A stretch of DNA of 32,388 bases, taken from Coniocarpon cinnabarinum. Taxonomy: Eukaryota. The stretch covers positions 186,001-218,388 of the forward strand of contig JAVECO010000014.1 of the NCBI GenBank assembly GCA_051942205.1. Direction: 5' to 3'. The notes beneath the pieces were generated by a model. It searched no databases. It had not been told where the DNA came from and saw only the letters and a list, made by a program, of their open reading frames with translations. The translations under genes were made by a program, and so were the position numbers. This document shows, in pieces, positions 24,275-32,388 of this stretch (positions are counted from its first letter, which is position 1; each line of letters opens with the position of its first letter).

Positions 24275-25545
24275 CTTTGCTAGCTCGTCTGAGGTCTGTC
24301 GTGCTTGATAGATAGTTGCTACGGAAGCGATAGCCATTCTTATATCTAGAGGACCGAGACCGTGGGGCTGGTCAGGACGGGCCAGTTTCAGCCAGACCAT
24401 CTCTTTGACCTCTGATGACCATGCAGCTTGGCCAATCGAAAACCCAAGCGGCAAAGCCCACCTTTTGCGGGATCAGCGATAGGGCGGCGGGTAGGTCACA
24501 ACCTTGCTGTCTCGATGTCTTTTTTGGGCCATTATTCGACCCGTGCGCATGAGAGTGACGGTCATTTGTGCCAATTGTTGGGCAGAAATGGTCCCGCGCC
24601 CCAGGCTTTCCCCTCATCCAGCCCGCGTTATCCTCGCAGCATGAACGGGCTGCATCCTGGTACTGCAACTGAAGCCTATGATGACAAGCAGAGTGGTCAT
24701 ACGTTTCCAAAATCGTCAAGCAGACAGCGCAAGGGTCACGCAACAGCGACGGCAGCTGAGTAAAGCTTTGTAATAGTACGTTCAATGTGTCCAGCTCTGT
24801 GACTACGAGCAGGGTTTTGTTTGAGACAGGACAACGAATTCTCCGTCGGAAAGTCCGACGTTGCGGAGGCGATGCAGGGCATTTGCTGGTCGAGGTCCGT
24901 CCGGACGCGAAGAGTTAGTAATGCTATGGAAGCCGCAGCAGACGCTCTTTTCAGACGTTCGACTTCGAGACAGACCTGTCCAGCGTTGGGGACAATGCCA
25001 GAATTAGGTGTAGTCTATGTGCATTTTCTGGACGAGCTTGCACACTCGCAAAAGACAGACGAATTGATGACTCTGCAGCTCGAGTGTGTCCTCCCACACC
25101 CTCCACCATGCGTCCTCATGCGTATGAGACCCGCTCTCAACCACAAAAGCCCAAAACCTGGCCTATCAGACCCTTATAGATGCACGAGGGGCGCCGCAAC
25201 ACTAGAGCGAATCTAGACTAGCTCGTTGCTCGCAATCCTCTGCCACTTCTGGATGAGTTCCGAGAATGCAAACCACAGACACACCCAAAGCCAAGCCGCC
25301 ATTGCTTACAAGCCTTGCGAGCCTCCCTTGGCGCGCCGTCTCTTGTTCCGCACAGTGACGAGGCCTCAAACAGTGAACAGCTACAGCTGAAACCCTCAGC
25401 TGAGGTGGTGATTGACGCACTGACGTAAACTGGCACCTCAACAAGCCACACTCACAGCCACAACCACTACTGCCTGTCTCTTATACCTACCCATTTTCAC
25501 ACAGTCTGAAGAGCTCGTAGTGCTTTCACACTTCCACTCAACACC

Positions 25546-28173
25546 ATGCATCTCAATACTGTTCGTGTGCTCCTGTGCTTAGGCTTGCTGATAGCATTGG
25601 CCACACCCAGCCATGCCTTCGGCGCAGGTAACATTGCCAGTATCGCCAAAATCGAAGGCTCCAACTGGCGCCATGGAGACATCGAAGACATGCTGAGCAC
25701 CGTCGCTCACCTTAAGGGCTACAAATGGAGCTCCATGATGATCAAGCGCGTTTACTTTGGTAACTGGCTCAGAGACTACTCGCAAGCCGTGGATGTAGGC
25801 ACGCTCAAGGGCGTTCAAGCTGGCGCTATCCGTGTGCTGGTCTGGATCCTGGCCTTTATCTCCTTTGGATATGCGACCCGCGAGTTTGAAGTCACTGAGG
25901 AGCGACTGGGAGTGTATCGTCCCGAGGAACATATTGACAACCCGGAGGACTACGCGGACAACATCGATGCTCGTCAGTATGACCCTCGCCTTCGAGGCCC
26001 GGTCCATCCAGACGAGCTCGGCATCGACCCTGACACCGGAATGAAAAACTACATCGCCAATGATCGTGGCGGCTGGGCTACATCCTCTGGCTATGTTCGC
26101 TTTTCCTTCTCAAGATCCATCCACTTTGGCAGGCTTTTCACATCTGGCTCAGGAAACTCCAAAGGCCGCCAGGAGGACCTCTTTGAAGCGCTGCGATGTC
26201 TTGGACAGGGGCTCCACTGCCTTGAAGACTTTGGTGCTCATACCAATTACTGCGAGCTCGCTCTTCGTGAACTAGGCTTCCACAACGTGTTTCCACATGT
26301 CGGTCAGAACACTGAGATTAATCTGCATAGTCGTCGCGTCTATCCCCTCGTGACAGGCACGTTTGGAGGTGTCGACTTTCTGCACTCCGTCCTTGGTGAA
26401 GCCGGCGATCACGTCACGCAAAGTGAAGTCGAGGTCCCTGAAGTCGACCAAATGAAGAGAAACATGGAAGGCGCTGCTCAAGACTCCACCAGCCGTGGCT
26501 TCGACGCCGAACAGCAGGCCTCCGGCTTGACTGACTTGCTTGGTAAGGTCCCTGGCTGCGGCAACCTCTGTAGTCAAGCCATCGAGCTCCAACGCGCCTC
26601 CAACGCTCAAGCCCAAGAAAACTCCGCCCGCGGTTTCGACACATCATCCAGAGACGCACCGTCATTCCTACCTCCCCCCGGTTCAGACACCCACATCATG
26701 ATGTCCGGCGCCCAGAATCCGAACATGCCCGCCGGCCAACAAGGCGGCGCCACCCTGGGTAATGTCGACCTCGCTGCCACCGTCGCCAAAATTTATCCTA
26801 TCCTCGAATTCCGCGACAACGTCGTCCGCGCCATCTCCAGCGTCGTGGAGAAAATCCCAGGGCTCGAAAAGCTCATCGAGACCATTTCTGAGAAAATCAC
26901 GCTGTTCATTATGGGTCTCCTGGCGCCGTATATCATCCCGGTGATTAATGCCGCTTCCTCGCAACTCAAGACGGGCTCCTCGACTGTGGTCAAAGCCGCG
27001 GCGAAGCATCAGTACGCGCCCTGGACGGATCCGAATTGCACAGCGCCTACTCACTCCATGCTGAGTAAAGACCACTTCAGCAACGTCCTCAACAACCCCG
27101 CTGGCCACGTCGCCGCCGCCATCCTGCAATATGCAGCCCCCCGCGTCGTCTACGCATGGGAACACCCCGGCGTCCCCATCGACCAAGTCCTCGATGACAT
27201 CGTCGGCCCAGGAGGGGCCTTTCATCATCCCGCGATCCGCCAGCCGAATCGGGAGATTCACCAAAACATGTTCCGCGCCGTCCAGCGCTGGGTCGATTCC
27301 CAATCCGATCGCGGCGCCAGTCTGAACCAGAAACTCTCGTCCGACTCCGTGCGCCACGGCCATAATCACACGGCGGGTGCGGGCGGCGTGATGGGATCGG
27401 GCACCAATCAGATGCCGAGTTTTGGAAACCCGCATGAGGCTGCGGATGTGAATACGCTTGGGGGTTTTGGGGCGAATTACGGGGGACAAGGCCATGGCGG
27501 TGCGTCTGGTGGTCTTGGTCAATTCGCGGGGAAACTCTTCAGTGGGTCGAGTCAGCCGAGTCACAGTGGTGGAGGCGGAGGCGGATTGGGGTCATTGGCT
27601 GGTCAATTTCTGGGGTCGTCGAATCAAGGTGGCCTCGGAAAACTCGCTGGTGGCGTCTTTGGCTCACGCGAGATGGAGGGCACTGGCCGTGAAGTTGGTG
27701 ATGGTGGAATGGGAGGAGGGATCAGTGGTGGATTCAACTATGGCTCCGTGGCCCCGGACGCAGTGGCCGGATCAGGCCAACACTTGGCGCCGGGCTGGGG
27801 CACCGTGAATCAAGAAGGGACGCAAAGCACGTACGAAGCGATGCAGCAGCGGCGGAGCGTGAGTCCTTTCCCGGATGCGGGAAACGAGACGGCTCAGCGC
27901 ATGTTTGGGTATGAGCATCAGTCTGTGCAGGAGGGGGGGTATGGTGGGGAGGGGTATCAGCAAGGTGGGTATGCTGGTGCTTACAGTGGTGGAAGTGGGT
28001 ATGGTGGGGAGACGTACGGTGGTGGTGCTTATGGTGGCGGTGCTGCGTACAATGAGGGATATGGTGGTCAATATGGTTCAGGGAGTGAATACCCCGCCCA
28101 GGCACCGCCGCCAAATTACGGAGAAGGATACGGACATCAGGGATATCAGGGCGGCTATGGCGGTTATCAATGA
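25546..28173 (+). CDS. HET-C family protein (het-c/TinC-like) with signal peptide and Gly/Tyr-rich tail, 875 aa
   Basis: Single long ORF. Signal peptide, then FGAGNIASIAKIEGSNWRHGDIED, RVYFGNWLRDYSQAVDVG, ERLGVYRPEEHIDNP, LGQGLHCLEDFGAHTNY, VYPLVTGTFGGVDFLHS, IYPILEFRD, PTHSMLSKDHFSN. Confidence 0.93.
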   Translation: MHLNTVRVLLCLGLLIALATPSHAFGAGNIASIAKIEGSNWRHGDIEDMLSTVAHLKGYKWSSMMIKRVYFGNWLRDYSQAVDVGTLKGVQAGAIRVLVWILAFISFGYATREFEVTEERLGVYRPEEHIDNPEDYADNIDARQYDPRLRGPVHPDELGIDPDTGMKNYIANDRGGWATSSGYVRFSFSRSIHFGRLFTSGSGNSKGRQEDLFEALRCLGQGLHCLEDFGAHTNYCELALRELGFHNVFPHVGQNTEINLHSRRVYPLVTGTFGGVDFLHSVLGEAGDHVTQSEVEVPEVDQMKRNMEGAAQDSTSRGFDAEQQASGLTDLLGKVPGCGNLCSQAIELQRASNAQAQENSARGFDTSSRDAPSFLPPPGSDTHIMMSGAQNPNMPAGQQGGATLGNVDLAATVAKIYPILEFRDNVVRAISSVVEKIPGLEKLIETISEKITLFIMGLLAPYIIPVINAASSQLKTGSSTVVKAAAKHQYAPWTDPNCTAPTHSMLSKDHFSNVLNNPAGHVAAAILQYAAPRVVYAWEHPGVPIDQVLDDIVGPGGAFHHPAIRQPNREIHQNMFRAVQRWVDSQSDRGASLNQKLSSDSVRHGHNHTAGAGGVMGSGTNQMPSFGNPHEAADVNTLGGFGANYGGQGHGGASGGLGQFAGKLFSGSSQPSHSGGGGGGLGSLAGQFLGSSNQGGLGKLAGGVFGSREMEGTGREVGDGGMGGGISGGFNYGSVAPDAVAGSGQHLAPGWGTVNQEGTQSTYEAMQQRRSVSPFPDAGNETAQRMFGYEHQSVQEGGYGGEGYQQGGYAGAYSGGSGYGGETYGGGAYGGGAAYNEGYGGQYGSGSEYPAQAPPPNYGEGYGHQGYQGGYGGYQ

Positions 28174-28793
28174 GGCAGCGAGACCCTCGCCGTTGGAGGT
28201 CAGCGCGCTACACGTCGAGTATGAAACGAATGAGCAAATGGTCCGGGCATGAAGTGAATGAATGGGGCGACGAATAGACGACGGACGGGCGGTGCTTTGG
28301 AAAAGTAATCGAAAGGGGTACAATAGAGGCATGATGAAACAGTAGCTAGAAGCGGTATTCAACATGGTTTTTGTTCTCGCTGCTCGGGCGCTGCTCAGGC
28401 TGTGTCGTAGCGACGGCGCATCGTAGCGCGGGTGCATCATAACAATGGCTTTTCATCTCGCAGCCAAAGCGAAAGTAGGCATATCCCAGGAGCTCGAAAT
28501 CGAAGATCAGATCCGTTGAAATGGGGGAACGAGTTCCAATAGGTCTCCTCGCTATATACAACACACCGCACACCATCATTCCACATCACCACTCATCAAC
28601 CTCATACCCACTCTATCATGCATGTTCCCACGCATCACCCGGCCGTCATCCTCTCGCTACCCTCTACGCGACTCCTCCTTGACTCCCAAGGTATCACCAG
28701 CATTCCTCATACACTAATCCCCCTACCATTCCCTCTTGCGACTCAAACCCCATTCTATCTCTGACCGCGAGTATGCGAAGAGGCGTACAGTCC

Positions 28794-29911
28794 TCACTTC
28801 TGCCCATGCTTCTCATGCACCTCTTCTCGACTTTCCTTTTGTAGCCGCTCGATATTGTCTTTAGTCGCGGGTCCTGCATTTTTCTCGGCGTGGACCTAGG
28901 ATTTTCCACGTTAGCTTTTGATTTCCCCAAGTACTGTCTTCAGGATTTGTTGCGGTTCTTCAATCGGGGGAGTGTGGTGAGAGTGGTTGAGGTCTGGGTT
29001 GGGTGTGGCTGATCGTAGTGCGAGGAGTTGAGCCAGTGGTCGATGGCAGGATGGAGAGGTCCGTGTATGATGGAGGGGTACTACTGAGTGGTGGTGGTGG
29101 TGGTGGTGCTGAGAAGTTGTGTCGAGTGCAATGCACCGCGTGAAAGATTGTGCAACGCAAGTGAAGCTTGACAGAGGGCGAGGTTCGAAGGAGGCGCTCG
29201 TGCACACATGACTCCTCGGCCACTAAACCCTTACCTTTTTAGACCGCACATGTTCAAGTCCAGAAATCACAGAGAAGAAGGAGAGAAGAAGAAGGAGAGA
29301 AGATAAACATACCGCCTCCTCACTGTTACTCGCGAGTTCTCTCTTCCACTGACCCCGTCCCTCTTCCTGTTCCCTCAATTGCTGCTGCTTGTGCGCTTCC
29401 GCTTCTTCAGGACGGTTTTCATGATCTGTTCACAATCTGTCAGCACAAGCCAACTCAACTCCTTTGTACTTCATTCCCAGCTTCATTCCACTGCATTCCC
29501 AGCTTCATCCCACTCATTCTCAGCTTCGTTCTACTCATATACAGCTTCTTCCACTCATGTACAGCTCCTTCCCAATCATGTGCAGCTCCTCCCCAATCAT
29601 TCCCAGCTCCTCCCCAATCATGTACATCTCCTCCGCTTCTTCCTCCACTTCTTCCTCCCTCTTCCTCCCTTCTCTTCCTTTTGATCGTCCATCTTATGCC
29701 ACACCATCCACACCATCCAAGGCAATGAAAGAATCTCTGTATACACCGCCAAGGGATGGATCGAGTGAAGCAAAATGGGAAGAAAAGAAAAAAACATACG
29801 CAAAGCATCCTCCTTGCCCGCAAATCGCGCAGCACAAAGCTGCAGCCGTCTCCGCGGAACGGTCGAGAGCAGCGGTCGAAAAGACCGCATGACACGGGCG
29901 TAAGGAGACAT
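28794..29911 (-). CDS. Small (108 aa) uncharacterised hydrophilic protein with predicted mitochondrial presequence
   Basis: Exons 29911-29800, 29425-29313, 28895-28794 (112+113+102=327 nt). Introns GTATGT..GCTGAC..CAG (374 nt) and GTATGT..GCTAAC..TAG (417 nt). Product: MSPYARVMRSFRPLLSTVPRRRLQLCAARFAGKEDALHHENRPEEAEAHKQQQLREQEEGRGQWKRELASNSEEAVHAEKNAGPATKDNIERLQKESREEVHEKHGQK. Resembles a fungal family I recall with G-x-W-K-x-ELAS-x-SE-x-x-V. Confidence 0.82.
29088..29108. repeat. (GTG/CAC)n microsatellite, ~7 units, in intron 2 of the small mitochondrial gene
   Basis: gtggtggtggtggtggtggtg read directly. Confidence 0.8.
29471..29636. repeat. Degenerate ~21-bp minisatellite, 8 units, in intron 1 of the small mitochondrial gene
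   Basis: Units start at ~29471, 29492, 29514, 29535, 29555, 29576, 29597 and 29618; consensus roughly tcatNyNcagctyctyccmmm. Confidence 0.85.
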
Positions 29912-30253
29912 GTTGACGAAGGGATTCAGTATCTCTGATACCGCCCTATTTGCGAAGTATAAAGTAAAAACTGTCAGAGTAGCGGAGTCGCTTGTTGTGA
30001 GAGGGGACTTGAAATTGCAAGACGAGAGCTATGCTGCGCTGGACCGAGATGAGGTCATTGAGATGGTTGTGACCCTGCCGCTTTAGCAACGAGGTGTTGA
30101 CGCTCTTTCAATGCTGCCGGGGCTGTGCGAGGGCTAGACGTAATGATAGTAATGGGTAGTCTGTAATGCAGCAAGACCTTGGTGCTTTGTCTTGAGCACA
30201 GTAAAATCTGACACGCCCCAGTTATGCTTGTGAGGAGGACGTTATATAAACAT

Positions 30254-30283
30254 AAGTCATCGCACAAGTCATCGCACAAGTCA
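30254..30283. repeat. 12-bp tandem duplication (aagtcatcgcac x2.5)
   Basis: aagtcatcgcac aagtcatcgcac aagtca read directly, in intergenic/UTR DNA. Confidence 0.75.
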
Positions 30284-30901
30284 ATGCAGTATAGGATATG
30301 AGAACGTCCGTTCAAGTAATCAAGAGTACGTAGTACATGAGACAGGAATTCAAGACCTGGGAAGCGTGTCCATCCCGTCAACAATCGTCCATCATCGGAT
30401 GCCGTTTCATCCACGTATATGTCATTTGCCATGATCAAGGTACCACACCAAATGAAATCCATCAATAAAGGATCCATGGCCCTTGTTGCATGCTTTCCAT
30501 TTGCGTCACCGATGCTCTTTCTGATTCATGATGAAAACAAAAAACCAGCCGTCTTGTTCGTCGATATTTCCAACAGTGTCAAAATTGTAATCAGTTTTTC
30601 TCGTTTCTTTACGCTCACCCAAACACCATGCAGTATGACTTCTACACATTCCGGTCTTTTTCGTCGTCAAGAAGCCCCGGATCCGAGGGATCTCGCCATG
30701 CACATGTAATACCTCCATCTTTTATCCAAATGGGTATGTCACAGACATTACAAAAAACAGAACGCCCATTGCTAGAGGTCCAGACATGTTGGTCGCTTTC
30801 CAGAAAATACGCTGGTCGTGGTCGTCGGATTCAAACAAGTAACCAAAAAGGGAAAAGCCAGAGTGAGTAATTGAGTGAGTGGCGAGGGATGGAGGCTACG
30901 C

Positions 30902-31597
30902 CTACCAACGGCGTTGGCCATAGTGTTTCTGCGCCTGACGATTTGGCGAGATGGAGTTGGGTGGGCTCGTGTGGCGAGAGTTGGGGTCGACGATGGGAAT
31001 GGCGTTACGCTGACGCTGAGCCATGGGTTGGTGGATCTTCAGGTGACTGGCGTTGCCGTGTTGCATTGCAGGCAGATGTGGCTGAGCCTGAGCCGAGAGG
31101 TTGAAATGTTGGGCCGGCTGAATCTGGGGTTGAAGTGGAGACTGGTCAGGCGAGCCATCAGATGACGAAGATCGGTCCGAGGATGAAGAGTGGATTGAGT
31201 GCAACTGGAGACACGATTCGTCAACATCGTGCGCAAAGGTGACTTCGAATCCCGATTCAAAAGAACTCACATCATCCTCCGTCAACAGATGCCAAGGGCA
31301 GAAGATCTCGTCATCGTCCAGATCAAACGACCTGGCAGCCTCAAAATCCTTGCGAACAGCAGCGAGTTGAGCAAGTTCGGCGGCTTCGCGAGTGGCGCGA
31401 GAGGGCTTGAAGGACTTTGTGTGGTGATGCTGCTGGTGCGGATGGGGATGGGGGTGCTGCTGCTGCTGATGGTGGCTGTTGGACGAGCCAAAGCGAGCAC
31501 CGCGCCGGGAACGAGAGCCGTTGTGGGTGTGGGCAGAGACGGACGGCATGGTGGGCATGGCTGAATGGTGCGAGGGATTGTAATAGAAGGAGGTCAT
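30902..31597 (-). CDS. Conserved Pezizomycotina protein of unknown function (disordered, His/Gln/Ser-rich), ~209 aa
   Basis: ATG 31597; exons 31597-31271 and 31204-30902 (intron GTGAGT..CAG, 66 nt). Conserved-looking blocks FEAARSFDLDDDEIFCPWHLLTEDD|LHSIHSSSSDRSS..GSP..SPLQ, RNAIPIVDP and terminal RRW. Confidence 0.8.
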   Translation of the reverse strand: MTSFYYNPSHHSAMPTMPSVSAHTHNGSRSRRGARFGSSNSHHQQQQHPHPHPHQQHHHTKSFKPSRATREAAELAQLAAVRKDFEAARSFDLDDDEIFCPWHLLTEDDVSSFESGFEVTFAHDVDESCLQLHSIHSSSSDRSSSSDGSPDQSPLQPQIQPAQHFNLSAQAQPHLPAMQHGNASHLKIHQPMAQRQRNAIPIVDPNSRHTSPPNSISPNRQAQKHYGQRRW

Positions 31598-32388
31598 GAT
31601 GGCGAGATGGGTTGCAGGTCCTTTGTCGCAATGCGAGGGGTAGGAGGGAGGTTGGAGAGGGAGCGCCTGATGAAACAAAGCGAGGCCGGCGCTGGCGGGG
31701 ACAAAGGGGAACGGCGGATTGAGGAGAAAGTGGACGTTAGAGTATCAGAGAGCGATTGCGATGGACTGGACGAAAGCGGTGGCGATAGTAATGCTGCGAT
31801 GGAGTGAAGCGAAGAAGAGACGGGAGAGCGCGACGGATGGATGATGGATGATGGAGAGTGACGACGGGGATTGTGCCTGAGAGGTGTTGAGGAGGGAGAG
31901 GATGCAGACAGAGAGAGGGCGAGAAAGCGAACAGGCGGCTGTTAGTGGGGACGCTAGGACCTCGAGGCACGGGCCACCGGGTGTCCGGGGGCCCGCATTC
32001 AGTCGTTGAGTGGCGGGCAATCTGGCCGGATCATGGTGACACATTCCTCGAACTGGCCCCTCGTCGACGCCAGCTAGCTCGAAGCTAGTAGGCTCTAGCT
32101 CCTGCCATGCTGGCTTGACCGCCACGACCGCTGGCCGACGATCCGCAGAGGGTTGCGGTTGCGCTGCTGGCCCTGCTGCTCCATTCGCTGGGCCCTAGGA
32201 TTCCAGGGACAAGGGGGCACACCACAGCGAGCAACTGACCTCTGGAGGAGAGAGAGAGACTACCTACAGAGTACTACAGAGAGCGAGAGACTGGGACGCA
32301 TAACGGCAGCTCTTCCACAGCAACCAAGCCTCCACCACCATCATCCCTGCCCGTCATGCAATCCCCAAACACCGCCCTCCCCTCGCAC

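Noticed and set aside
26683..27564. 293-aa minus-strand ORF
   Set aside because: Antisense shadow of HET-C caused by its codon bias.
29379..29895. ORFs of 101-146 aa on both strands, and a CRISPR-like reading of the 21-bp repeats
   Set aside because: The ORFs are by-products of the 3n-period intronic minisatellite; the repeats are contiguous without unique spacers and the DNA is eukaryotic.
30055..30477. 140-aa minus-strand ORF
   Set aside because: No motifs; falls in the probable 3' UTR of the 30902-31597 gene and the promoter of the small mitochondrial gene.
1..32388. Transposons or RIP-mutated relics
   Set aside because: No transposase or RT motifs, terminal repeats or AT-rich degenerate blocks seen by eye.

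Overview
Gene-dense, intron-containing DNA from a filamentous ascomycete (Pezizomycotina): GT..AG introns, mostly 50-110 nt, with CTRAY-type branch points. I reconstructed 16 protein-coding genes by hand. In order: BCP1 (runs off the left edge), a CBM18+GH16 secreted enzyme, U2A'/LEA1, an AAD-type aldo-keto reductase, chorismate mutase ARO7, MDV1/CAF4, ALG3, an eIF1AD-like OB-fold protein, a DUF3176 membrane protein, an MFS transporter, an Asp f 4-like secreted protein, an orphan Gly/Lys/Thr-rich protein, a VOC/glyoxalase-family protein, a HET-C family protein, a small 3-exon mitochondrially targeted protein that the ORF track does not assemble, and a conserved uncharacterised low-complexity protein. 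I found no transposon, rRNA, tRNA or CRISPR signal. The most notable items are a predicted 3-nt microexon (TGG) that supplies the conserved Trp of the DUF3176 SRGPWG motif, the hidden 108-aa mitochondrial gene whose two ~400-nt introns carry a 21-bp minisatellite and a long hairpin, the orphan with a KR-preceded cationic Gly-rich CxCxC segment, and the repeat/prion-like tail of HET-C. I see no convincing new multi-gene system. All family calls come from motif recognition, not database searches.
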